64,000 nucleotides of DNA from Candidatus Sulfomarinibacteraceae bacterium (GTDB lineage: Bacteria; Acidobacteriota; Thermoanaerobaculia; Thermoanaerobaculales; Sulfomarinibacteraceae). How positions within the stretch are numbered: the stretch's first letter is position 1; every line of letters begins with the position of its first letter. Positions 53,087-62,320 of the stretch are shown piece after piece. The position numbers and the translations under genes were made by a program. The notes below the pieces were generated by a model. The model did not search any database and had not been told where the DNA came from. It saw only the letters and a program-made list of their open reading frames with translations. Location: positions 256,001-320,000 of the forward strand of contig CAWCLO010000010.1 in the NCBI GenBank assembly GCA_963796455.1, written 5' to 3'.

Positions 53087-53380
53087 TCAGTTTTTTGGGT
53101 CAGCCTTTTTGCTGGGTGTTTCTTTCTTGGTTTCTTTCGGCTTCGGTGGAGGACTGGGGGTGTCCTCGGGTTTGGCGAGTGCGGTGGAACGGCCGCCGTT
53201 GCCCTTGCCGTAGTCGGTGATGTAAAACCCGCTTCCCTTGAACTGGAGGGCCGGAACACCGAGCAGTCTTCTCACCCGTCCACCACATTTCGTGCAGTCA
53301 ACCTCTGACGCATTGGCAACGGTGCGGATCTTTTCGAAACGGTGGCCGCACAAAAAACACTCGTATTCGTAGAGAGGCAT
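53087..53380 (-). CDS. FmdB-family zinc-ribbon protein
   Basis: MPLYEYECFLCG...CTKCGG...FKGSGFYITDY. Confidence 0.88.
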   Translation of the reverse strand: MPLYEYECFLCGHRFEKIRTVANASEVDCTKCGGRVRRLLGVPALQFKGSGFYITDYGKGNGGRSTALAKPEDTPSPPPKPKETKKETPSKKADPKN

Positions 53381-53384
53381 GATC

Positions 53385-54140
53385 TCAGCCCCGCACCTGA
53401 ATCAGGATCTTTCCGCTCGAGGAAGGATCGATGGTCACCATTCGCAGCTCTGAAAGAGCATAGAGAACTCGGGCGTTGGCCCCGGCACTCAAGGGCCCCG
53501 CCTCGCACAATTCAAAGAGGGTGCGCTTCCCGTCGACCATCTCCAGCAGTTCACGCTCGGCCGATTCGAGACGGAAACGCTCGAGATGCGGAGGGCGCGG
53601 CAGTCGCTTGAGGATGGCACCCCGGCCACCCATCCGGGCGGTAATCGTCTTGGGATCTTCGATTCGCCGGCAGCCGGCAAGAATGGCGCGGGCGGTGGGG
53701 ATCTGGATCTTGAAGGTTTCTTCGGCCTTGGATTGGCCGACCTCGAAGCTCACCTGACCCTCGGACCAATTAAACAGGCTCCACACAATCGCCTGCACCT
53801 GTTTGCGTACCTGAATCCCCAGCTGGTCGCGCTCCAAAAGATCCATCTTGACCAGAATCTCGCCGTGGCGCACACCCGGAGACCGCTCGAGCTCTGCCAC
53901 CGAATCTGCGAGTTCCTCTTTGGATATGACCTCGTTGGCTACCAGGAATTCTCCCAGAGACTCGCTGCGATCACTGGAGGTGGCAAAGATGATGTCGCCA
54001 TCGAGCAGAAAGATCCTTTTGGTCACATCATCATGACTGACTTCGAGCACACCCGGTACGCCGTACCGATTGACGGTGGCGAGAATTTCGGGCAGCGGCT
54101 TCTTGTGAAGCTCGCTTCGGTAGACGAATTCGTCGCTCAA
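53385..54140 (-). CDS. DUF4388 / PatA-N-like domain protein
   Basis: G.LEV...RIFLLDGDIIFATS, LGEFLV, SLFNWSEGQVSF. Confidence 0.7.
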   Translation of the reverse strand: MSDEFVYRSELHKKPLPEILATVNRYGVPGVLEVSHDDVTKRIFLLDGDIIFATSSDRSESLGEFLVANEVISKEELADSVAELERSPGVRHGEILVKMDLLERDQLGIQVRKQVQAIVWSLFNWSEGQVSFEVGQSKAEETFKIQIPTARAILAGCRRIEDPKTITARMGGRGAILKRLPRPPHLERFRLESAERELLEMVDGKRTLFELCEAGPLSAGANARVLYALSELRMVTIDPSSSGKILIQVRG

Positions 54141-54199
54141 ATCGATGATCCTCTTGCGCTACAAATCGCTGGGTGCACATCCGCACATCGAGGGTACGA

Positions 54200-54298
54200 T
54201 GGCGGAAGCGCAAGGGAATCGAACCCTCCGACCGACCCTATTGAGACCGGCCCAACGGATTTGAAGTCCGCGGAAGCCACCAGGCCCCATGCGCTTCC
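54200..54298 (-). tRNA. selC: tRNA-Sec(TCA)
   Basis: 99 nt; GGAAGCGC/GCGCTTCC extended acceptor, CGGA-CT-TCA-AA-TCCG, long variable arm, GCCA end. Confidence 0.93.
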
Positions 54299-54457
54299 CT
54301 GCAAAGGCCATTCTATACCAGCCCACCTGACGAGTCAGGACCTAATTGCGTCAACGGGTCCATCAGCATTCACATTCCCAAGCCGCAACCGCAGTCATTT
54401 GCTGGCAAAAGTCGCCCATCAAAGCTCACCATGCGGCGCCGGCTTTTGCGCCGGTCA

Positions 54458-54487
54458 TTGACACATGCCCCTACCCTTTGCTAAAAC
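54458..54487 (+). promoter_or_regulatory. Probable promoter of tRNA-Ala
   Basis: TTGACA then TG-C-TAAAAC just upstream of the tRNA. Confidence 0.5.
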
Positions 54488-54499
54488 AGCTCTCCCTGT

Positions 54500-54575
<76 letters not shown>

Positions 54576-54586
54576 GCTACAACAAC

Positions 54587-54610
54587 CGCCGCCTTCCAGG
54601 CGGCGTTTTT
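54587..54610 (+). terminator. Intrinsic terminator after tRNA-Ala
   Basis: CGCCGCCT-TCC-AGGCGGCG-TTTTT. Confidence 0.8.
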
Positions 54611-54671
54611 GCTGGTGACGCCTCCTTTGGACCTCACCTTCGGTTGCTCGCGCGCAGGGCGCGCGGGATCC

Positions 54672-55793
54672 CTAGGCTCTCACCTTCGCTTGCTCACAGC
54701 ATTCGGCCGCGGCGTCTCGGCGGACCTGGCCGCCCACATAAGATCTCGCCACGTAAGGCGACGTCATGGACGAAAGCAACGCCCCGTAGTTGAGGTCGAA
54801 CTCCACCTCGTCACCGACTTTCAGATCCGACTCCCTGGCATCAATCAGGATGTGATCACTACTCGCGCCGAGGATCTCGACATCCTGACAGGGTGTGAGG
54901 CCTGCGACGAGCACGTCCTGTATACCGACACCCAGTATGACTCTTCTCATCGGTCCCCGATTCGAGAACTCGGGCACGTTCCCAAAGGCGTCCTGACAGG
55001 TTTCACCATAGGGCTTGGATGGTTTCGCCTTCGATTCAATGACCTCAGCAAAGAGTCTGAATGCATCGGTGAACAGACCATTAATTGGCTTGCGTTGGAG
55101 GGTCTCACACCCCAAAAAGATCGATTCCCCCAATCTCAGGTTGTTGATCTTCCCCACGTCCGTTGCGGACATCAACCAGTCATGGTTGGCTGAGTTCCCG
55201 CCAGAGACATACTGCAATGTGATGCCGAACTTTGCTTCGATATCTCCGGCGAGCGAAGAAAGATGATCGAGGTTCTCCTCGTCCGGCTTGATCCCTCCAA
55301 AACACGCCAAGTTGGTGCCTATACCGGCCAAAACGATTCCTCGCTGGCCGAGAACCCGCTCAACGGTCTCTTCCAGATCCACAGGAAGAATGCCTTCCCT
55401 CAGATCACCCATTTCGACCATGAGGATGATCTTGTGCGTGATGTCTGCTTCGATCGCAAACCTGGACAGCCTCTCGATCACTGACAATTCCGTGTTCAGG
55501 CTGATATCGGCGTTATTCACCGCAGATTCGGCCTGACTCGGCGCCGGTGTCCTCAAGAGTACAAACTGCGCCTGAATTCCAGCCTCACGCATCCGGGTGA
55601 TGTTCTGCAGTCTCGAGTCGGCGAGGGTGTCGATCCCTGTTTTTACGAGAGCTTCGGCAACCATTGGATCTCCACAGACGACCTTTGTCACACCGATGAT
55701 GCCGATGCCTTTCGATGCGTAGGTCTCCCGGAGGCTCGTTGCGTTGTGCGAGATCTTCCCGAGATCGATCTCGATCCTCGGTGTTGTCATCAC
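54672..55793 (-). CDS. Alanine/ornithine racemase-family PLP enzyme
   Basis: GVTK, ADSR, MVEMGDLREG, GTNLACFGG, SGGNS, LRLGE, GASSDH. Confidence 0.85.
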   Translation of the reverse strand: MMTTPRIEIDLGKISHNATSLRETYASKGIGIIGVTKVVCGDPMVAEALVKTGIDTLADSRLQNITRMREAGIQAQFVLLRTPAPSQAESAVNNADISLNTELSVIERLSRFAIEADITHKIILMVEMGDLREGILPVDLEETVERVLGQRGIVLAGIGTNLACFGGIKPDEENLDHLSSLAGDIEAKFGITLQYVSGGNSANHDWLMSATDVGKINNLRLGESIFLGCETLQRKPINGLFTDAFRLFAEVIESKAKPSKPYGETCQDAFGNVPEFSNRGPMRRVILGVGIQDVLVAGLTPCQDVEILGASSDHILIDARESDLKVGDEVEFDLNYGALLSSMTSPYVARSYVGGQVRRDAAAECCEQAKVRA

Positions 55794-56902
55794 GCCGCTG
55801 CGCTTTTGCCCAATTGGAGTTCCGGGAAGACCTCGAAAAGCCTTCTCACGATCTTTTCGCAGCCGTGCTTCAAAACGTCCATTGTCGGCAGCCCGTAGGT
55901 TCTTTCATATTCCACAACGGTGTCTTCGATCTCTTTGTCCGTCATGTCTTCATGGTTCAAGGTCAGCGCAATGACCTTGGCTCCAGATACGATCTCGATC
56001 AATTGAATTTCACTCTCGAGAGTGGGCATGGGAATGCCGGGGAAGTCACATCGATCTTTTCTCTTTGGTGGGTGTTGCAGGATGATCGCTTGCGGCCTCG
56101 CTCCCCTGATGATCGCGGTCGAGGATGTGAACGCCGGGTGGCTCAGTGCACCCTGGCCTTCGACGACGATGATGTCCGGGTGTTCCGCCTCATCAGCCTT
56201 CACGATCTCGTGCTCAACCTCACCGGTCTGAAAACCCGAGCTCAAGACATCAACTGCAACACCGTACCTGGCGCCCTGAAGCAGACCGGTCTGACCCGTT
56301 GCAATGAACGCGGTCGTCAGTTCTTGCCTCCGAAGTGTTTCAGCGAGAAGAACCGCGGAGGTCCGTTTGCCAACCGCGCAATCTGTCCCCAACACGGTGA
56401 TGATCGGAGTCGTGACCCGGAAGATCGATCCCGTAAAGATGTGCTGATCCTTTCTCGGTGGTGGTTTCCGGATATCGTGGATCTGCACACCATGCGCCCG
56501 TGCCTTCTCCACGAACTCTTCATCTTCGGTGAAGAACTCAGGGAGACCGTTGATGATGTCCATGCCCTTTTCCATGGCCGCCAACACCACCTCTCTCTGC
56601 TGCCTCGTGATGTACGACGCGAGTGGTGCAATGCCATAGATGAAGTACTTCGGAACAAAACCGAGCTTCTCGATGGCATCTTCGATGTCCCGGAACACGG
56701 GGATCCCGCTTCTCACTCCGTCAAGGTATTCACCGGCATCCATCCCGGTCTTGGTGCTGTCGGTCACGCCGCTGATCTGGTATTTTTCAGAATGGCGCAC
56801 CAGTCCGTTGGTCACCTTGCCATCGAGCTTTCCCAACTGACCCTCGCCGTATACAAGTGCCCGCTCTCTTATCGGGAGCACTTCAATTGCTTCTCTATAC
56901 AT
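55790..56902 (-). CDS. DUF1611 (DgcN-like) P-loop protein
   Basis: GTDCAVGKRT, ATGQTG, VEGQGALSHP. Confidence 0.85.
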   Translation of the reverse strand: MYREAIEVLPIRERALVYGEGQLGKLDGKVTNGLVRHSEKYQISGVTDSTKTGMDAGEYLDGVRSGIPVFRDIEDAIEKLGFVPKYFIYGIAPLASYITRQQREVVLAAMEKGMDIINGLPEFFTEDEEFVEKARAHGVQIHDIRKPPPRKDQHIFTGSIFRVTTPIITVLGTDCAVGKRTSAVLLAETLRRQELTTAFIATGQTGLLQGARYGVAVDVLSSGFQTGEVEHEIVKADEAEHPDIIVVEGQGALSHPAFTSSTAIIRGARPQAIILQHPPKRKDRCDFPGIPMPTLESEIQLIEIVSGAKVIALTLNHEDMTDKEIEDTVVEYERTYGLPTMDVLKHGCEKIVRRLFEVFPELQLGKSAAA

Positions 56903-57256
56903 CGTTGCCTCTCCTTGGTTTTCTCTCCTGTTTTCGCTTCCTCAAGTCACCCACAATTGACCTGCGCCCTTTTGAATAGAGCAAGATCCGAGCCACGACC
57001 GAGACGCGCCGTCTTTTTTTGATCGATTCTGTATGTTGCTGAATTTAGGCAACATACGCGACCACTACTGGAGCAGCGTCAATAGAGAAAGATCAGAATG
57101 AAGTGTTATCAATCAATTTGATGGAGTCACGGCCGAAGTTGGCAGGCAACATTGCTGCGGAAAGGTTATGGTGACAGGTTGATCGTGGAGCCGGACGAAC
57201 GCTGCGTTGCGATCAGTCAGGAGAAGTATGATTTCGGAAAGGACCAGAGTGTCGCC

Positions 57257-57940
57257 ATGAGGGTTGAAGAGTACTGCGAAATGGTCGAACACCAACATCG
57301 TCTGCAGAATCAGCGCTTGCCGACCGTGGCGATCCGGGACGATGGTTCTCCATTGATCAGTCTCGTGGACTCCGGGTTTGATTTGGTATTCGAACCATCA
57401 ATCATGAAGGACTACAAATATCTCGTCAGAGCAGCCGTCCACGCCAAGATAGGCAGAATCAGCAAGCTGCTAAATGATATGGATAAGACGCTTATCATCC
57501 GTTCTGTATGGAGGTCTTTTGACCATCAACAGCTCCTGTGGGACAGGAATCTCGAAGTCGCTCGAAAACAGAATCCAGGGAAGAGCTCTGATGAGCTCGA
57601 GCGAATCACCATGGAATTCACTGCTCCAAGAGAAAAATCCATGCACGCCACTGGCGGGGCAGTGGATGCCTTGATCTATGATCCAGAAAACGACCGCGTT
57701 TTGGACTTTGGAACCAACAGCGGATTCAAGATGGATCTCAACACGAAGTGTTATCCGCTGCATCCGGGTGTTTCGTCTGAAGCGAAGAAGAACCGAAAGC
57801 TCCTGATGGATCTCTTCGAAAACGAAGGTTTTGTGTGTGATTTGACGGAATACTGGCACTTCAATTATGGCAATGCGGTGTGGGCCCTGCAAAAGGGCAG
57901 AGCATCCGCGAAATATGGCGTCGTCACAGGCCAGCGCTGA
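57257..57940 (+). CDS. D-Ala-D-Ala dipeptidase-like metallopeptidase (M15); start uncertain
   Basis: SMHATGGAVD (SxHxxGxAxD) and EYWH. Confidence 0.8.
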   Translation: MRVEEYCEMVEHQHRLQNQRLPTVAIRDDGSPLISLVDSGFDLVFEPSIMKDYKYLVRAAVHAKIGRISKLLNDMDKTLIIRSVWRSFDHQQLLWDRNLEVARKQNPGKSSDELERITMEFTAPREKSMHATGGAVDALIYDPENDRVLDFGTNSGFKMDLNTKCYPLHPGVSSEAKKNRKLLMDLFENEGFVCDLTEYWHFNYGNAVWALQKGRASAKYGVVTGQR

Positions 57941-57974
57941 TCTCCCCGGTTCCTCTGGATTTCACCGTGAAGGT

Positions 57975-58706
57975 TCAGCCGGCCGGGCCAGGTGCGCCAT
58001 GGTCCTGTTCGCCGACGTCGACGAGCAGGATCTCGCATTTTTCATGTGCGGTGAGCGACAGCGAGCGTTCGTTCGTCACACCCACAGCGTCGCCTTGGGT
58101 CAGGATGATGTCGTGGGATGCCGCCTCGCCGCAGATGACGTGAAGCCAGGCGTTTCGTCCCGGCAGCAACTCGTGGATGAGGTGATGCCCCGGATCGATC
58201 AGGCTCGAGTAAATCAGGGCATCCTGATGTGTGTGCAGCGATCCCTGACGCCCGTCCGGGGACGTGACGATGCGCAACACATTGTGGCGCTGCGCTGAAG
58301 CGACGCGCATCTGCTCGCGGGCACCATTGGACCCGACCTCCAAAGGGCGTAGGGAGATCCGGAAGATTTGCGCCCACTGGGTCCGTGACGCGTTCGTCTC
58401 CTTGGGGCGGATGCCATGGCCGATGGCCATGCGCTGGAACTCCCCAGCGCGGACCACACCCGAGGACCCAGTCGAGTTCTCCTGAGCAATGGCTCCTTGA
58501 CATAGGTAGGTGACGGTTTCCGCGTCCCGACTTGGACGAGCCGCAGAGACCCCGGCCGGCGGCAGACGGTTCTCGGTAAGGCTCTCCAGGGCCCCGAAAC
58601 CACCGGAGTGCGGCTTCCCCGGCTCGGATGGGTTGAAGCTGTGCCAGAGTTCCTGCCTGAGGCGTCGGTCGAGGTGGCGTTCGTCGGCCCTGCGCAGCGT
58701 GATCAT
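57975..58706 (-). CDS. Pirin-family bicupin lacking the metal-binding histidines
   Basis: MITLRRA.ER, HSF, FGAL, GEFQRM..G.GI; start trimmed. Confidence 0.75.
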   Translation of the reverse strand: MITLRRADERHLDRRLRQELWHSFNPSEPGKPHSGGFGALESLTENRLPPAGVSAARPSRDAETVTYLCQGAIAQENSTGSSGVVRAGEFQRMAIGHGIRPKETNASRTQWAQIFRISLRPLEVGSNGAREQMRVASAQRHNVLRIVTSPDGRQGSLHTHQDALIYSSLIDPGHHLIHELLPGRNAWLHVICGEAASHDIILTQGDAVGVTNERSLSLTAHEKCEILLVDVGEQDHGAPGPAG

Positions 58707-58735
58707 GGGCCAGTTTCCTGTTCCTGCCAAACTGT

Positions 58736-58924
58736 TTATCTGGGGCTGAACCCGTATGTTGAACCAAATCCACCGGGTTCACAGTCTCCGCAGTTCTTCA
58801 TGAACGTGATTGTTTTCTTCGCTGTTGTTGTGTTGTGCTTGTCCTCGAGAGGACGTGTTGGTCCAATGAATTCGGGCTCGGTGCCCGGCACCTTCTCGGT
58901 TTTAATTTCTTTTCGATCACCCAT
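58736..58924 (-). CDS. Small hypothetical protein (62 aa)
   Basis: AGGAGG SD before the ATG; first ORF after a sigma-54 promoter. Confidence 0.45.
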   Translation of the reverse strand: MGDRKEIKTEKVPGTEPEFIGPTRPLEDKHNTTTAKKTITFMKNCGDCEPGGFGSTYGFSPR

Positions 58925-59043
58925 TGTCTGAAGCCTCCTGAGCTCGTCGGCGCGTGTTCGCGCCTGTGTTCGCGCCTGTGGTTCGCTCCGCTGCTGGCAT
59001 CAATCGGAATTCATTGACGGCGGATTGTCTACTGATGTCGTTC

Positions 59044-59058
59044 GCATCTATCGTGCCA
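59044..59058 (-). promoter_or_regulatory. sigma-54 (-24/-12) promoter
   Basis: Minus strand TGGCACG-ATAG-ATGC, one mismatch to TGGCACG-N4-TTGC; divergent from a sigma-54 activator. Confidence 0.75.
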
Positions 59059-59168
59059 TCGGCGAGGGCTCTTTGTTTTCAGTTGGTTGCGGAACATGTT
59101 GGCCGACGACCGCCAGCTGATTCGATCAAAATGAAGGTATGGTACCTTCAATATGAAGGAGGCGACCG

Positions 59169-60824
59169 ATGCGGGTCGAGGATCTCCATCACGACGAACT
59201 CCTGGAGCTGGACCCCGAGGGAGGCGTGATCCGTTTTGCGGGGCAGCGCGCGCTCCTGCTCGACGCCGTGGCTATGGGGCTCCTGCGGCAGTATCTGGTC
59301 GAGAATTTCGGCCTGACCGCTGCCCGTGCAGTGCTCACCCAGTTCGGCTTCGCCCACGGATGGCGCATGGCGGCGGCCATGCAGATGGAGTTCGAGTGGG
59401 CGAGCGATGAAGAATGGCGGCGCGCCGGTCCCAAAATCTACACGCTTGAGGGGCTTTTCCGCACCCAGGCGGGCAGTGAAGATCCTCTTTCCAAGCAGGG
59501 GGCAATGCTGCTGGCTTCCTACGAGGCGGAGCAGCATCTGCTGCACTTCGGCCGCTCAGACGCGGCGGTGTGCTGGACCATCTGCGGCCTCATGAGCGGC
59601 TACGTCAGCCACACCACCGGCAGGGAAATCTACGTCCTGGAAGATCGCTGCCTCGGCGAAGGCCACGTGGCGTGCCATCTCCTTGGTCGGACCCGCGAGG
59701 AGTGGGGTGACGAGCGCGCCGAAGAGCTCGCGTTCTTCAACCAGGGGCGCCTCAAGGAGTGCCTGGATGTCTCGCTCAGCAGGGTCACGGAGACATTGAA
59801 GACTGCGGAGGAGAAGCTTCACGCGCACCGTCAAGCGGTGGTCCGCGTGGCGCGTGACGTGGAAGAGCCACTGGGGATTGTCGCCAAAAGCACAAAGATG
59901 CAGCAGGTGGTGGACCTGGCACGACGCGTGGCCAGAGTCGATGCAACAGTGCTTATCACCGGTGAGAGCGGTGTGGGAAAGGAGAGAATCGCGCGCCTTG
60001 TCCACGACGAATCAACGCGGGCCGCTGGTCCGTTCGTCGCGGTCAACTGCGGTGCCATCACCGAGACTCTCCTCGAGAGTGAGCTTTTCGGGCACGCGCG
60101 CGGCGCGTTCACGGGTGCGTCTTCAGACCGGCCCGGCCTGTTCGAAGCGGCCAACCACGGGACACTGCTGTTGGACGAGATCGGTGAGATCTCTTCAGGT
60201 ATGCAGGTCAAGCTCCTGCGGGTGCTGCAGGAACGGGAGGTCCGTCGGGTTGGAGAGAATAAGAGCCGGCCGGTGGATGTTCGCGTTCTGGCCACCACCA
60301 ACCGCGATCTTGCCCACGGGGTCGAAGACGGTGGCTTTCGGCAGGACCTCTACTACCGGCTCAAGGTCGTCGAACTGGACGTTCCGCCGCTCCGAGATCG
60401 CAGGGAAGACGTCTTACCGCTTGCACGGGTGTTGCTCGCAGACGCAGGCGGTCGAATGGGACGCAAGATCTCCGGCATAGTCCCCCAGGCCGCCGATCAG
60501 CTCCTGCGCTACGACTGGCCCGGCAACGTGCGCGAGTTGGAAAACGCCATGGAGCGGGCCGTTGCGCTCGCCCGTGGAGGGCGTGTCAACCTCGACGACC
60601 TGCCCGAGGAGGTCCGGCGAGCGTTTCCCAGGCCGGTGGTGAACGGGGACACGGTGCAGTCGCTCAGCGAAATCGAAAAAGATTACATTCTCGCGGTTCT
60701 GAAACTCAACGGTGGCAACCAGACGCACACTGCCGCGCAGCTCCGGATCGGCTCGGCGACGCTCTACCGAAAGCTCAAGAGCTATGGTTTGATCCGTGGC
60801 AGGCGCACGAAGCCGCGTCAGTAG
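59169..60824 (+). CDS. sigma-54 activator with XylR-N/V4R sensory domains and Fis HTH
   Basis: [51 protein letters not shown]. Confidence 0.9.
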   Translation: MRVEDLHHDELLELDPEGGVIRFAGQRALLLDAVAMGLLRQYLVENFGLTAARAVLTQFGFAHGWRMAAAMQMEFEWASDEEWRRAGPKIYTLEGLFRTQAGSEDPLSKQGAMLLASYEAEQHLLHFGRSDAAVCWTICGLMSGYVSHTTGREIYVLEDRCLGEGHVACHLLGRTREEWGDERAEELAFFNQGRLKECLDVSLSRVTETLKTAEEKLHAHRQAVVRVARDVEEPLGIVAKSTKMQQVVDLARRVARVDATVLITGESGVGKERIARLVHDESTRAAGPFVAVNCGAITETLLESELFGHARGAFTGASSDRPGLFEAANHGTLLLDEIGEISSGMQVKLLRVLQEREVRRVGENKSRPVDVRVLATTNRDLAHGVEDGGFRQDLYYRLKVVELDVPPLRDRREDVLPLARVLLADAGGRMGRKISGIVPQAADQLLRYDWPGNVRELENAMERAVALARGGRVNLDDLPEEVRRAFPRPVVNGDTVQSLSEIEKDYILAVLKLNGGNQTHTAAQLRIGSATLYRKLKSYGLIRGRRTKPRQ

Positions 60825-61114
60825 GGGTGCTCCGCAATCGGGTCACCCCTCGTTACACATCCTTCTTCCTGCCGCCGATCAGCATCCGAGTCTTCGACAT
60901 GGTGGAACACAGTCCCATTCAATCGAAGCTCGTTCACCGCAATCGATCAACTTTTCCGGCTTCAGGAAATTTCTGCGCCAATCACGACCACCACTCCACG
61001 GGTCTTAGGCAAGACCTGCCTGCAACCGAGTTAAGATAACGCGCCGACATCAAGCGACCTGAGCACCCGAGACCGAGGCCGTTGTGGTCGTCAGCAAATC
61101 GGCGAAGGAGCGTC

Positions 61115-61792
61115 ATGGGTTTGTTTCGAAAAAAGACTCCGCCAAAAAGCACCCATCCCGATCAGATCGGTCGCCGCCTCCACGTCGGCTGCGGCACCGA
61201 GGCGATTTCGGGTTGGTGCAATATCGATATCCAGGATCTGCCCGGAGTCGACATCGTCATGGATGTCACCCAGGATTTTTCGTTTTCGGATATCGAGTTC
61301 ATCTATTGCGAGCACTTCATCGAGCACCTCCGATTCGATCACGGCTACCGCTTTCTCAGCGGTTGCTTCGATGCGCTGACCGATGGTGGGGTGATGCGGC
61401 TTTCTACGCCGAATCTGGATTGGGTCTATCTCACACACTACGCCGTCGAGTCCGCGGACCCGAAACAAAAGATCAGCAACACCTTCATGCTGAATCGCGC
61501 CTTCTATGCCTGGGGCCACCAGTTTCTCTACAGTCGTGAAGTCCTGATCGAGGTCCTGGCTTCGATCGGTTTCGATACGATCACCGAGCATGAATATGGC
61601 CAGAGTGAGATCCCCGAACTTCGTGGTCTGGAGCGACACGAACGTTACGGCGCCACCCCAGAACTTCCCGATGTGCTCGTCGTTGAAGCCACGAAGCACG
61701 GGGCTGATCGACGCGCGAGTTCCTCGCGAGACGAGATTCTCCAACAGGCTCGCGAGGAGTTTCTCAACATGATCGACTGGAATATCGAATGA
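61115..61792 (+). CDS. Class I SAM-dependent methyltransferase-like protein
   Basis: LHVGCG...GW.NID, EHFIEH, GGVMRLSTP; GAAGGAG SD. Confidence 0.75.
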   Translation: MGLFRKKTPPKSTHPDQIGRRLHVGCGTEAISGWCNIDIQDLPGVDIVMDVTQDFSFSDIEFIYCEHFIEHLRFDHGYRFLSGCFDALTDGGVMRLSTPNLDWVYLTHYAVESADPKQKISNTFMLNRAFYAWGHQFLYSREVLIEVLASIGFDTITEHEYGQSEIPELRGLERHERYGATPELPDVLVVEATKHGADRRASSSRDEILQQAREEFLNMIDWNIE

Positions 61793-61867
61793 GAACCCAG
61801 CCACCGGTCGGGAGAAATTTCTGGAATGCTCGCGCCGATTTCGACGGCCTTGTCCGCCGCACGGTAG

Positions 61868-62320
61868 ATGAAGAACTTCACTAGGAGTCAAAGCTTCCGA
61901 CCCGGCGTCGCCCTGGCGGTCGCTGTGATGTTGCTCGTCATCCCGGTTGTGCGCGGGCTCAAATCGCCCGGCGGCACCACGTTGGAAATTCCTCAGACGC
62001 CGTCGGACCGGTCACCGGGCAACGCCGGCACCTGGTGGCGGTTCCTCGACCAGGCCCGGGACCATCTCCCCGAAGGCGCCCCCTACACCATTCGGGCCGA
62101 CGACCGAATTGCGGAGATGAGACTGCTCACGATAGCCCTCGGTCTTCTCCCCCACCATGACATTCGCCCCGCATCGTACTTCGGTCAACCGACACAGGAT
62201 GGTGGGAGGAGTGCGGACTTCGTCCTCGTTTTCGGCCCCCACTCAATGGAGGGCGATCTCGCGCTGGTGGCGAAGGTCGATGGCGGCGCCGTCTATCGAA
62301 GAACGTCGGACTCGCAATGA
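61868..62320 (+). CDS. Hypothetical membrane-anchored protein
   Basis: N-terminal hydrophobic helix; ATGA overlap with the next gene. Confidence 0.55.
   Translation: MKNFTRSQSFRPGVALAVAVMLLVIPVVRGLKSPGGTTLEIPQTPSDRSPGNAGTWWRFLDQARDHLPEGAPYTIRADDRIAEMRLLTIALGLLPHHDIRPASYFGQPTQDGGRSADFVLVFGPHSMEGDLALVAKVDGGAVYRRTSDSQ

Noticed and set aside
54576..61080. Classical tRNA-integrated genomic island
   Set aside because: No integrase and no duplicated tRNA 3' end found by eye.
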